Of a DNA stretch of 36,208 bases, positions 23,501 through 35,756 are shown one piece after another. This DNA is from Basidioascus undulatus (taxonomy: Eukaryota). How positions within the stretch are numbered: position 1 is the stretch's first letter; each line of letters starts with the position of its first letter. A model generated the notes under the pieces. It had not been told where the DNA came from, made no database searches, and was given only the letters and a program-made list of their open reading frames with translations. The stretch covers positions 1 to 36,208 of the forward strand of contig JTLS01000059.1 in NCBI GenBank assembly GCA_000826855.1, written 5' to 3'. A program made the position numbers and the translations under genes.

Positions 23501-25850
23501 AGGAATTGGCAAGGCTTCATCGGACGCACCGATCTCCTCCTGCATCGCCTTCTCGTGCTCGATGTGCTGCTCCTCGAGCTCATCGCTGAGCTCCTTGAGA
23601 GCCTCGAGGTCCTCGATAGCCGCAGCCATGTCGTCGATTTTCTGCGAGATCACCAGGCGTGTAAGGCCAATGCCGCGCAATCCACGACAGCCAAGGAAAA
23701 CGAACCTCAGTGAGCGTCAAGTTCCGCTCAGTGAGCTGCTCGAGCATGTCCTCAGCGCCGAGCGCGTCGTCCAGCTGCTGCTTGAGGTCCTCGATGTGCA
23801 CCTCGGCATTCTCGAGCTTGGCGCGCGCGACCTCGTACTGGCCTATAAGAGCGCCACAACACAGATGAGACCCACGACTTCGGAGATCCTCTCCAGCAGA
23901 ACCGACGCACCTTGCAAGTCCTGCAACGAGTTGAGATCGTGCTCGAGCTCCGAGATGCGCTTGCGCTGCTCGGCATCCGTCTCGCTCGTTATGTCGCGGA
24001 TCCTGCGTGAAAACGTTTAGTATCTGAGTAAGATCGCCAGCAGGGACCAACGCACTTGATCAAAGCCTCCTTCAACCGCTCGTTATGCCGCTCGAGCTGC
24101 GTGTACGCAAGCGAGCTCCTATCCGCGTGCGTTACAGGTCCAGAGTCCAGCGCCTCTGCATCCCGTGCACGTCCACACACACGACCATCAGCACGAAGTT
24201 GGGTGTCCTTTGTCTTAGTTGACATAAGAACGACGTACCATCTTTAGCCTTCAGCATCTCGAGCTCCGTTTCGAGGTCAACCTCGCGCTCGTGCAGCGCC
24301 TCGAGCTCCGCCTGGGCGGCTTCAGCTTTCTCTTCAGCCATCTCCTTGTCAAGCATGGCCATCTCGAGGTTTTCCATGATATCGAGTTGGCGCGACTCGA
24401 GCGTCTCCTTCTCGGCCGTCAGGTCCTTGCACGTCCGCCGGAGGTCGCGCAGCTCGGCTTGCATCTGGGTCATCTTGGCTGCCGACCCAACGATCCTCAG
24501 TGAGCGATTAGACATGAGAGAAGGAAAGTATTGTATAGAGATCGCACATTGGAGCTTAGGCTTGATCAGATTGAACTGGTCCATCTCCTGTTTCAAGCCG
24601 TCCATCTCGCGAAGCTTCTCCCGATCCTCATCCCGCTTCCCCTCCAGCACCCGCAGCTTAACACGGAGCTCGTCTAGCTCCCGAAGCGGAACGAGCTGCT
24701 CGGCGCGCGCGACGGGCGGGGCCGATTCGAGCGAGAAGGGGTCTGGCTTCGTGGGCGAGAGGGAGCGGTTCGAAGCGGAAGGGGAGAGGAGAGCGCGGTC
24801 CGCCGGGGAGCGCAGGGAGCGTGATGGAGGACGGATGTCGGATGGTGGTGGGGGTTGGAGAGGCCGCGTGGAGAGGAGGGGCGATGACGGGGATGCAAGG
24901 TCTTCTTCGGGTGGAGGAGGGGAAGAGGAGGGTGCGCGGGGTATGGGTTCCGGTGCGGGAGGCTCGGGCTCCTCGGAGAGCTCGGACGTGAGAGCTGAGC
25001 GGATGCTCGATGACCGGCGCATTAACGCTGCTCGCTGCGCGGGGTCCGCCGCGCCCACCCCAGCTCCAGCTCCTGCCCCGCCAGCGAGCGACGCTCTCCG
25101 CGCGGCCGACCCGGGCACGGGCACAGGAGGCGGCGCCATGCTCGTGCGCGCACGAGGTGCCGTGCCGGGTGCTAGGCTTAGACGAGCACGCGGTGTGGCC
25201 GGAACGCTCGGCGTTGACGGCGGAGGCGCCATGGACGTGCGGCGCGCGGTAGTTGAGGGCGGGCGTGTGCCGGGCGTTACGGCGCGAGAAGACGCGGCAG
25301 ACGTTTTGGAAGGGGAAGATGCGCGGGAAGAAGCCGATATGGAAGAGACAGAGGGTCTGGCGGAAAGCGATGGACGCGCGGACAGGGATGCTCGGGGCGT
25401 GGCAGGGACTGTAGAGGTCCGCGGAGGGGCGGGAGTCGCAGATGGCGGACGCTGAGGCCGCATTCAGGTCAGTGCCCTGCTAATCGACGCTCGACACTCA
25501 ATGCCCAATATAGTGGACAGAGTGCGCTCACAGATCCGGTAGAAGAGCTTGCCCTTGATCTGGGCAGGGCCACAGGCTTGACCTGGCTCGGGCGTACAAA
25601 CACGCCGTAGCCCGGCTCGCAGGTAAAGTACCGCACGCCCTGGACCGAGCCATCGTTCTTGCCATTCGGCTACCACGTGTGCCCTCTTCAGTACAGTTTG
25701 TCTATTTTCCCAAGTATACGGCTGCCTACGCACCTCGTCCAGCTCGATGCCGACCCACTTCCCGGCAGCGAATTGGGTCGCGTCGAAGTACCGCACGATG
25801 CCCTGCCCCGCCTGAACCTCGGCGCGGGCGCCGATGGCGATGCTGGCCAT
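20508..25850 (-). CDS. DCTN1: Dynactin p150Glued subunit (DCTN1/NudM/Nip100), many exons
   Basis: CAP-Gly domain [36 protein letters not shown], then a basic Pro/Ser/Arg linker. The coiled coil includes [72 protein letters not shown] and [12 protein letters not shown]. The junctions I checked are GT-AG and in phase. Confidence 0.95.
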
Positions 25851-26381
25851 GCCGCCTTCCCGTAAGTTTGGACTTTGATCGATTTAGAGTGAACGAAAGT
25901 ATGCGCTGGTCAGGGAGTAGAGAGTGGTGAAAGGAGATCAGGCGCGAGCTGCGCGAGCTCGTCGCGTTCCCGTTCAGGCATTGGCGTCGCAAGGCGTCGG
26001 CCCGGGCACGACAGCCGTGGACTTTCCGAGGGCCTCATGGCACGGCAAATGGTTTGCAGCGGTTGAAAGCGGCTGAAGCGCCTGTTATCAACCTTTTATG
26101 CAAACTTCAATGTATAGTAGGAGTAGCTTTTTGATAAGACTAAGGTATGCAGGTGGATTCAGACGAGTTCAGGCAAGCCCAGCGGCAGAATCTACCACAC
26201 GGCACCCACCAGAGTCTGGCTTGCCACGTTTCGTGATACCTAACGGTGGATATCATAGCTATTGTTACACAATTAATCGTGCACCATGTCCCATGAAGCA
26301 AAGTAAGAAACCCCAATGAAGCAAGATCAGTCCGCCTACGACACCCTGCGTCGTTTCCCTTTCTCCACGCTGCCTCGAAAC

Positions 26382-29276
26382 TCAGTACAAGTACCTGCGC
26401 ACGAATCATCATGATCAGCTGCCGATTTCTCTCCGAATGCTCTGGCCACGTTCAGTAGCTCACCTGAACTGCGGGTGCCCATCTCCCAACTCCACAATCT
26501 GCTGCTCGCTGAGGTGCTCGAGTCCGAGGCGCCGCTTGAGCGCGACTGCATCCTCCTCCGCCCGGCCCTCGCCAAACGTCTCGCCCTCGACCTTCCCGAA
26601 TTTGGCGTCCCGCCGAGCGTTCTCCCGGGAGAGCGTGTACCACATGATCCCGGAGGTGATGACGTTGAGGAGGCAGAGCGAGAGACAGATCGAGTGCCCC
26701 ATCGTGTACTTCGGGCTGTCCGCAGCGGCTGTTGGATACCGATGGGCGAGGTTAATAACGTCTGCATCAGATAGAGAAGCTGAAAGAAGCCGAGGAAATG
26801 GGACGAACGAAAGGACCACGAAGAGACGATGCCTGCCCCCGTTCCAGTTTCAGCGGTTGACCTTTGAAGATACCAAAGCACCGCACGGACTCACCTCCAC
26901 AGTTACCGAAGGACATGATTATGCCCATTGCGGTAGCCCTCTGTTTGAACGTCTAAACTCAGTCAAGGCCCTCTCGGATTTTTTGAAGACCAAATACGCA
27001 CCTTGTACACGGGACTGTCGAGTCACTCCGCCTCAGGTTAGCAGTCGTTCCTCTCTTCCTTTCGAGAAGTTTCAAAAGCATACCCGAAAGAGCCTCCAGC
27101 GAATGCCTTCACCCAATGCGACACGTACATGTCAGAACTATTCACGAGACGAGCAGCAGGAAGACGGACGAGAGTGGTCGAAATGGAAGGTGCGACGCCG
27201 GCAACGCAAAGGAAGACAGCGAACAACCGCGGGCCGGAGTACCTGACGGGCACCGCGAGCAGGAAAATAAATCCAAGAGACGCAACGCTCATCCTGTTTT
27301 GTGACCCGTTAGCGCCATTCATTTTTCCAGGGCATTGCCCTGAGAAGACGCACGTGATGATGTTAACGATCGCCCTCCTGCCGGTGCGGTCCGAGTAGAT
27401 CGCCGCGCCGACAGTGCAGATGAAGGCAAGGACGTAAGGGGGGACAGAGAGAAGCTGCGCTTGCGGGCGAGTCCACGTCCCGAGCGCAGCGATGATGGTC
27501 GGCGCGAAGAGCGAGGTAGAGTAGAGCACTGAGCCGGCGCAGAAGTACATGATGCTGAAGACCCAGGTCTTGTCTGTATGTTCGTCCGAAATACGAACAC
27601 TCCTTCGTGAGCACATGATGGTGCAAAGGACGGACTGAAGAAGGGGCAGGAAGACGCACAGTCCTTGAGTGCCGCAGTGACCTGCGACCAAGTGAACTCG
27701 CCGGACGCAGCGACGCCCTGGTCCTTCCGCAGCCGGTCTAGGACGAACGTCCGCTCCCGCTCAGATAGAAAGCGAGCCTCCGCAGGGAAGTCGTGGACAA
27801 GCCAGATCCCGGCGACGCCGATAAGGAAGGTCGCAAGTCCCTCGAGGATGCTGCAGTACGCTCACCGAGGTCTGGTCAGACTCGCCACAAATTTGTCCAG
27901 GGGAAAACAGAGAAAAAGAACATACAAGATCCACCTCCAGCCCTCAAGTCCCCCAACGCCATCGTCCCCAACACGTCCCATGAATCCGATGGCCCAGGCC
28001 AGAAGACCGCCTGTTGTAAGGGGGGCGTTAGCTTGCTATCAAAGTGGCATGCAAGCGAGCTCTAGGGTATGTACCAAAGGCTCCTGCCAGGGTAGCTCCG
28101 GAGAACAGCTGCGGGTCGTACGGAACAGTTCAGCGACAGTGTACAACCTAGAACGGCAGACCTTCTTAAGAGACGTACGATGGCAATGCGGAACGTCTGT
28201 TCGCGGCGGCGGTACCACAGCGTCAAGAAGAAGACGACACCGGGGAAGAGTCCGCACTCGGCCAGACCTGCGAGTAGAGGCGCATGAGTACGCTGAGAGA
28301 TGATCCGGCACTCCGCAGCACAACCTCAACTTACCAAGGAAGATACTGTTCACGAAATCAGATGGGTAACACTTTTCCGCTGTCATGCTGAGTTACTATG
28401 ACCTACCGCGTGGCCAGCAATCCAGCGTAATTTTGGACAATGCCCTGAGAAGTCACTAAGCAGTCAGTCTCTCTTCTTATCGCCTTCGTCCCGCCTCTCC
28501 CTCACCATCAGCGTCATGACGATCGACCTTAGCAGAAACTCCACCGGTCAGCGCCCAACATCAAGACTGGAATTGAGTACACATTCTGACGTACCAGGCG
28601 ATCATCATTATGGGGATGCCAATGCTCGGTCGGTACATTTTAAGAAGGTGGTTCGTGACAGTCTCGAAGGCGACACTGCGTCCGGCCGCAGATGTCAGTG
28701 GACTGCACTGCACCTAGTGGCTCTGGTGCGAGAGACGGACTAGGTCGCAAAGAACACAGTGAGACAGATTTGATATTCCCGGGACGTCTTGTGTGGAAGG
28801 CTTGTGAGCACAACGACAGCAGCAAAGGGGTATAGTGCTAGAACTACTCACGAGATTCAAGTCTCTTTCCAACCCGTCCAATCTCGCCTGGCCGATGTTA
28901 ACCTGAAGAGCAGCAGCCCCCCGTGAGCTTCACTCTAACCATCCCTCAAGACCAGGAAGTCCATCGAGACCGCGAAGTCCCTTGAGACTAGGATGTCCCA
29001 TGAGACCGGCACGACGTACGCGATCCAAGAACGACACGAGATCTGGTAGCCCCACCGATCAGCATCACTTTGGAACCTTTCACAGAGGTGCGCGTACTCA
29101 CAGAGCAGACTCAGAAATGGAATAAGCCTCCAGTCGATCCTCCGAACAAGCCTCCTTTCCTCCTCCGCGCTGAACTCGACCTCCTCGAGCGCCTGCGCAT
29201 TGTTCTCGATGTTGCGCGCTTCGAACTGCGCCTTCTCGGCGCTTGAGACCGAGCTCACGTCGTTGTTCTTGCTCAT
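26382..29276 (-). CDS. MFS transporter, anion:cation symporter family (Tna1/Dal5-like), many small exons
   Basis: Motifs ERRLVRRIDWRLIPFLSLLYLVSFLDRVNIGQARLDGLERDL, RIFLGLAECGLFPGVVFFLTLWYRRRE, GLEGWRWIFILEG, AQLLSVPPY, YSDRTGRR and LGDGHPQFRYLY*. It includes an 11-nt exon (28345-28335). The substrate cannot be determined. Confidence 0.92.
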
Positions 29277-30499
29277 CGTCGAGGTGGTGATGGAGATGTC
29301 CAAGAGAGAGCCGGGTCAGGGGAAAGGCGGGTCAGGTGCCCAAGTCATCGAAGTTGGACGTTCAACAGGCGATACAGCCGGTGCGTCTTCTTTCCTCGGG
29401 CCGGGTCGGCCGAGCGGTGGCGCAAAGCCCACGCGGTCCCGCGGCTAACCCTTTATTAGCGAGGTTCGATTTGGTATTAATCCGTAGCTCCGATCTCAAT
29501 TCCATGCATGTTGTGCTCAAGACGATGTTCAGTGTCCTTGAGGAGCAGTGAAAGGCAACCGTCGACTGCGAAGACGGCGAGCGGAGCATTTGTACACGAG
29601 GTCGTGGAGAAGCGGAGACGGAGGTGGGGGTTGGATGTGGAGGGCAAAATGTGGCATGCACGTGAAATGATCAGGCGGCCGCCGAGCAGTCTTATCGGAG
29701 CAACTGGAGAGGCGGGGCTGCTACCCAATCGACCGCTTCACATTCAACACAGCAACATTCGCGGGGTGGAATGCAGTTCCCAAATTTGTTCTTGTCTACA
29801 TAGAATGTTAGAGCAGGGATCCCAATGGAGTTTCATGGCCAGCGGCCCGGGCAGAGCGCATGGAACCGACCCCGATGCGAATATGGAACCGACGCTGTTA
29901 AGGCGGCGACAATGTTGAGAGCACTGTCTTGGATTGGAAACTTGAGTTGAAGATGAACCAATATGTGACAGAGTTATTGTTTTCTTATGCCCGCCCAAAA
30001 GAGACAGAGTCAGAAGGCTGTCGGATTTACAGCGAGCAGTCATCCGCTCTACACCGTTGCTGTTGTGCTGTGCAGGCCGGTGGCGTTCTACAACCGCCAT
30101 TGAGGACCTCTTACTTTCCGGAGTATAGATCATTTATGATTCATATACTTTTAGCAGGCGCGGCCATTGTTGCTGCCTCAAGCCCGTGTCTAGAGGACGG
30201 GCTCCCTAGTCCCAATCGGTCCGCGACCCTCTTACACCACAAAGGGCCTGACGCACTCAAGTTCATCCACTCGGCTTTGTGCTGATCGCGAGCCTCGGTA
30301 CTAGGATTTCTGTTGGGTCTGCCGTCTTTTTTCGCAGTGGGTCGTTGAATTCGAAGGCCAAGCCACACTGGCGTTCAGCATCTCAAGAAACTATACATTC
30401 AGTCTTCGTAACGATCCTGCTGGCCGACATGATATAATTGAAACATCATCGACTACGACATTCTTTTCTCGGACGCGTGCACCCAAGCAACATCGACCA

Positions 30500-31080
30500 A
30501 CCATCAAGTCTACGCGTCCCTCACCTGTATCCCATGCTTGTCTACCAAGGTGATCCCGTGCGCCCGCAGCTGTGAATCCTTCTGTCCAAGTCACACATCG
30601 TGTCCGCCCCAAGTCTTCCGGCTCTGCAGAAGTTGATGTCGCGAAGATAACACGCTGCAGCCGAAGAAGTCGGTCGCGAGAACAGAACGACGAGAAGACC
30701 GGCTCGAGATTCTCGTTGTTCTCCATGCGCGATCGAAGCCGAAGAGTGGCAAGAGTGGGGTGGTCGAGCGCAAGAATGGCGGGCGAGGCCTCGTTGCCCA
30801 GAGCCATGGTGAACTGGAGGAGCTTCGGGCAGGTGCTGCGAAGATCACGAAACCACCGAGCAGGCGCCAGTTTTCGATGGGTATTCAAGCTGTCAGACGC
30901 CTTTTGACAGGCTCAATATCTTTTCGGCGGTTGGCGCCAATGTCACCGTCTCGAATAACAGGCGTAGACTAGTCAAAGCGGGCAGGTGCGCGTCGAGGAG
31001 CGTGCGTAGTAGTGGTCCTGCGTCCCCGTCGACAGTGATGCAGATGAGCTCAAGGTTGGGCAGGGCTAGCGCAATTGAAA
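30500..31080 (-). pseudogene. Degenerate 3' fragment of an LRR-like gene paralogous to 32705-33934 (ends approximate)
   Basis: LPNLELICITVDGDAGPLLRTLLDAHLPALTSLRL (from 31063) is identical at 20 of 35 positions to LPQLDVLDITLSSDSGPLLRTLSKAHLPVLTHVKL (from 33381). TGA at 30895-30893 is followed by a frameshift into PARWFRDLRSTCPKLL...DHPTL, which matches PSSWLPHLAHACPKLL...RHPLL. Confidence 0.75.
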
Positions 31081-32704
31081 GAGTACTTTGTACTCAATCC
31101 CCGACCAATCAACAAATACATTCAGATGCTGGAGGCTTTTCAAGCCAGAGAACAGCTCGAAGCTTCTCAGAGGACTGTCGGCCTGCCGATCGAGTGGCTA
31201 CAAGAGTAAAATTATCCAAGGGACACCTCGTGTAATGCAAGGATCGCGGTGAAGAGCTTTGGCCGGCATACAGCGCATCACCAAGGGGCGATGAACACGT
31301 CGGTGGAACCTCGGTCGCATGTCCCCCCTCTTTCATTCGGTCGCATGTCCACCCCGAATTTCCCTGCAACTTCATAGTTCATGAGACCTTGTACATACGT
31401 ACTGTGCTCCGCTCCCATCTGGATCTCTGGATCGCCCCAACTCAGTGCCAGTTACACCGTTCACCAGGTCTACCGTGCCGTCTGAAGAACAGCAGCGCCC
31501 AAATGTTCGGCACAACTGCAGGCGAATATCGGGAGCGAAATTTATATATACAAAACTGAGGCACTATACAGTCAGAGGTGAGGTGCAATCCGGCTGCGAC
31601 AAAGCGACCACGCAGAGCCAAGTGTGCACGTGATTATTGTTTTAAATGAAACAGTGAGTGAAGTGGTGTATTTTTCGGAACGTCGCAGTATGAAAGGGCG
31701 CCTAGACACTGGGATCTTGCGTCTCGTACCCACTGTAGACTGTCCAGAAAGAGTAGAGTCCCCACGACAAGGCAGCAAGCTCTTGCACTTCGCAGGAGAA
31801 AGGCATTACGAGTCGATTGGAGAAAGAGGCATGCATGTACGGCTATCGGGGTTTCAGGAGGAATTACAAGCCTGAACCTGGGGAGTTCAGAGTTTCAGGC
31901 CTACATGGAGTCTCTGAACAGGCATCAGGTGTCTGGACAGTGTGTATGTACGTGAGGGAGCGACAGAAGACCTCACTAAGAAAGATAGTGCCTACATCGA
32001 AATAAAAGCTAGTGCACTTTTCAGGAATAATCATTCAAGCACAAAAGGGAAGGTCTGCGGAGGTGCGTGTGAGGAGGTCAACGGAAGGTCTGCTCTTCGA
32101 CAGCTGTAGGGCACGACCTCCACACTTCCTTGTTTCATATGTGCACCTTCATAGGTATATTCGCCGAATCCTTAGATCGAGCCATATGCTGAGACTCCAG
32201 CCCTCTGTCAGATGCAAGCAAGGCTGGAACTGTGGAACTCGGACCTATGACATGCCCTAGGACGACCCCCACAAAGAATTGGCATGCTAAACTGAAGTTG
32301 GCTGAGGAATTGACGCTTCAAGACCTATATCAGAGGTTATCGCACTAGGACTTCACCTTTGCCGCTGTGGCCATTACGCTGTGAAACACCCGGATGGCAT
32401 CAGTCGGTCCGGTGAGTCGCTCGCGCGGACAAATCGCTCTGGGGACTATTAGAGACTTCATGCATGGACCGGCTTTTGATTGAAAGACGATACACCGTTA
32501 GCCCCAGTGGTATAGTTGCGTTTTGTATCAGGTTTAAGAATTCGACTGCACACTTCAAGCTACTTATCAGCCTCGCGCAGAGGCCGGGCAGCGGACATGA
32601 GAATGCTGCGTTCTTACAACCACAAGCATCCCCTCATCGCTTGGTTCGCCCTTTCTTTCATCGCCGATACCCAAGCTCGTCCTGCTCTCTATTCAAAACT
32701 CACC

Positions 32705-33934
32705 ATGATCACGGATATACTATTTCCCGAGCTTCTCAGACACATCTTCTCCTTTGCTACCGCCGCGCCGCCGCCGACGGCACACAAGGCTGCAGTGCAC
32801 ATTGTGGACAGAACCAAGTACGCGCTTCTGTTCGTGCGCACAGAATGGTGAAGTCTTCTTCAGTTTCTTGACTGATCTAGAAGGTTTTGTGCTTACCAGC
32901 CCTTGTGCTCTAGGAACTTGCCACGCCCTACCTCTACCACTCCATCGTCATTCGCACACCCTCCCAACTCGAGGCTCTCCTCCTCCATCTCTCCCTCACT
33001 CGCATCCCCGGCTCTCAGCCCACCTCGCACATTCGCCACATCTGACTCACTGTTTCGAGTGTGACGAAGTCCCCGACGACCAAGCCGGGTTCGACATCGC
33101 TGCCCCTCACACCATGGCTGACCTCTGCACGCTCGTCGGCCCCTGCGACAAGCTCCAGTCGCTCGAGATGCGCGGTGACAACAGTGCACTCAGAACCAGT
33201 TCAGCGCTTATCGGCCCTTTCAAACCTTCCTCCGGGCGCCATCTCGACGCTCAGGCAGATCAGCAAGGTGCACATGGGCTCTTCACCGGACACGCTCTTC
33301 GGCCTCCTAGCAGGATTCGAGAGACTCGAGGTCCTTGCAATCTCCCTGGACCCGCCAGTCTTTCATTGAAAGTGTTCGATTTGCCTCAGCTCGACGTCCT
33401 GGACATCACCCTTTCGAGCGATTCGGGCCCTCTCCTCCGCACCCTGTCCAAAGCGCACCTCCCCGTTCTCACTCATGTAAAGCTCGCACCCGCACCTCCA
33501 AATACGTCCAGTCCCAAGCTCCTCGAACTTTTCCGGCACCTCGGCTACCATCTCAAGACTATCGAATTCGATTCGACCGACATCGACCCCTCTTCCTGGC
33601 TGCCGCACCTCGCGCACGCCTGTCCCAAGCTCCTCAACCTCGCCCTGACGCTCGGCATGACTTCCCCGCCCTACATCCAGCTCCGCCACCCGCTGCTTGA
33701 GTGCATCCGTCTCGCGGGGCTCACGGACGTCCACCCTCCACTGGAGATGACGCTGCTCTAGCTGGGCTCGCGCGCGCTTCTGCCTAGGCTTCGCCGCGTC
33801 GTTGGGACCGCAAGATGTGGCTCTCGGCTGACACGATAGAGTGGCTCGACGACAGGGGCAGACAGCTGCTTGCGTCTGGGATTGCGCTGGAGGACAAGGA
33901 GGGAGTGCGGCTGGTTACGCCCGAGGAGACATGA
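32705..33934 (+). pseudogene. Disabled F-box-like / RNI-LRR-like gene
   Basis: MITDILFPELLRHIFSFAT...TKYALLFVRTEW|intron|ELATPYLYHSIVIRTPSQL is the usual basidiomycete F-box-like N-terminus, followed by LxxLxL repeats (LQSLEM, LEVLAI, LDVLDI, LKTIEF, CPKLLNLAL). There are in-frame stops at TGA 33043-33045 and TAG 33759-33761, and several frame switches are needed to keep the homology. Confidence 0.75.
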
Positions 33935-34209
33935 TGGTGTGCCCCGGTTGAAGATGTGGCTATGAGACGACAGCAGATTGAATGCTTTACGACCGTACAG
34001 CAGACCCGCATGCAAGTGCATATGTGCAATCGACTGGACTAAAAAGAAGAAAGCGTGGCATGTGAGGGCGTTTGAGTGTCGGTACCGCTATGTTTCAGTG
34101 AATCACTGTGAACGAGAAAGAACGACGGAAATGCATGCTAGTAGAGGGTGCAAACCCTTTAGTTGATATTGTCTGCAAGCGGCCGCACGGCTCACAGAGA
34201 GCGAGCGGG

Positions 34210-34216
34210 AAAAAAA
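34210..34216 (-). terminator. Pol III T7 terminator of tRNA-Pro
   Basis: A run of seven T on the minus strand begins about 12 nt after the discriminator base. Confidence 0.8.
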
Positions 34217-34227
34217 GAGGAGAAATT

Positions 34228-34312
34228 GGGCCTGACCGGGAATTGAACCCGGGACCTCTCCCAAACAGCCCCAAAGCCCTAAGGGAAAATCATACTACTA
34301 GACCATCAGGCC
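34228..34312 (-). tRNA. tRNA-Pro(AGG) with a 13-nt intron (34276-34264)
   Basis: GGCCTGA TG GTCT AGTAGTA TGAT T TTCCC TT AGG G [CTTTGGGGCTGTT] T GGGAG AGGTC CCGGG TTCAATT CCCGG TCAGGCC C forms a full cloverleaf with the intron at 37/38. Confidence 0.95.
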
Positions 34313-35152
34313 GATGGTGCTTCATTTTCCGAAAAGCATTAAGTGTAAAGAACTCCTGCTGGGGCAATTGCGGAGCAGAAATTCTCTAAAACTGCGTTAG
34401 ACCATCGTGAAGCAATGTGCCCATGAAGCAGTAGGCTCTTACCAAGATGTCGAAGAGCCACCGACAGTATCCTTCAAGAGCATGCCTCCTCCATCGTTCA
34501 GCATCACCCGCACTCCAACAAGGATCCCACTGGAGCCGGTACGCCGGAGAGCGATGTCAATGCCAAGACAAGCGGGGAAATCAGTAAAAAAAGAAAGATG
34601 GTGCCGCCGTGCCTCGCCGATGTGGATGTCTTGTAGGCAGTGCGGCATTTCTGGCCTAACTGTGGGGCTCACTCGGGTCCAGTCGCAAGCCGCTCCACCC
34701 CACCTCAATGAACGACGAAACCAACCACCCAAGTATAACTGCGACCCCCCGCCACACTTCCTGGAACGCCGGCGCTGCTCGCTTTCGCCTACCACCGCAC
34801 CCATAGCCCTCTCGGGACTCCCGGCCTTCACCGAATCCGTCGTGGGCCCGCGCAACACCTTCGGAGAATATGAGTGTTCGGAGAAAGCCATCAAGCATGG
34901 CGAGAGGAAGGATTAGCCCGGTACATGTGAGCGAAGTCGCGTTGGTGCGAGCGAGCGACGGGCAGCGTGGACAGTTCGGTCGCGACGCCGGAGGAAAGAG
35001 GGAGGGGGTTCGATCGATCGATAAGAGGTGAGGAAGGGAAACGTGAACGACGAAGAAAGCGTGAGCGGACCACGAATTCGAATCGAGAGCCCTCCGCCAC
35101 TCGTCGAGGGGTCATGCGAGTGGTTCATGATGCGATGCGTCCGTCCAGCCCC

Positions 35153-35554
35153 TCAGAACCCCTTAGCTTCCAACCACGCCTTGAGCTCGTCGACATGCAT
35201 GCCCTTCACAACGACATGGTTCTTCGGCAGCTTGACGGCAGCTTGGAGGTGGGGGAAGGCAGCGAGGAGGTCGCGCTTGAGTGCCTGGAGTGTTCGGATG
35301 CGGTTCAGTCTCGGCCCGGAGCGAGCGGAGGGGGGATGAGGAGGGAGGGGAAGGCGCACGCTAGCGTCGCCCTGTATCCGCCGGAGGATGGTTTCCTCGC
35401 GGGTGCCGTTGCGGTAAGAGGAGTAGACGGGGAGCTGGTTGGAGGCGGACCGGGAGATGAAGTACGCCGCTTTGGGCGCGGCGAAGGCGGCGGAGGAGGA
35501 GGGGGTCGCAGGGAAGGCGGCGGCTTGTTGCAGGAGACGGAGGGAGAAGCGCAT
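35153..35554 (-). CDS. IMG2: Mitochondrial large ribosomal subunit protein mL49/Img2 (intron 35359-35285)
   Basis: An Arg/Ala/Ser-rich presequence is followed by YFISRSASNQLPVYSSYRNGTREETILRRIQGD|ALKRDL...VVVKGMHVDELKAWLEAKGF*, the characteristic L49/Img2 pattern with a C-terminal KGF. Confidence 0.92.
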   Translation of the reverse strand: MRFSLRLLQQAAAFPATPSSSAAFAAPKAAYFISRSASNQLPVYSSYRNGTREETILRRIQGDASVRLPLPPHPPSARSGPRLNRIRTLQALKRDLLAAFPHLQAAVKLPKNHVVVKGMHVDELKAWLEAKGF

Positions 35555-35756
35555 CGTGGTTCCGCTGAGGGGTTTGGAGGTGGGAATGCGGTATCACGTA
35601 AGGATGGAGTTGATGGGGAGGGAGGCGAGGGAGGAAGACCGGGCCCGGTTTCTAGGGCCATCTTATAGCCGATACAGAAATCTTGCCCAAGCCCGACAGG
35701 CCACGCTCTCCTCCCTTGAATGCTCATCACCCCCTCCTCCTCACACATCCCTCAAC

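Noticed and set aside
32499..32552. tRNA-like motifs (TAGCCCCAGTGGTATAG ... TTCGACTGCA, Cys-like)
   Set aside because: No T arm, no matching anticodon-stem 3' strand and no acceptor 3' strand; it cannot form a cloverleaf.
34407..34916. Overlapping 150-170 aa ORFs between tRNA-Pro and IMG2
   Set aside because: No recognisable domain, coding bias or consistent splice model.
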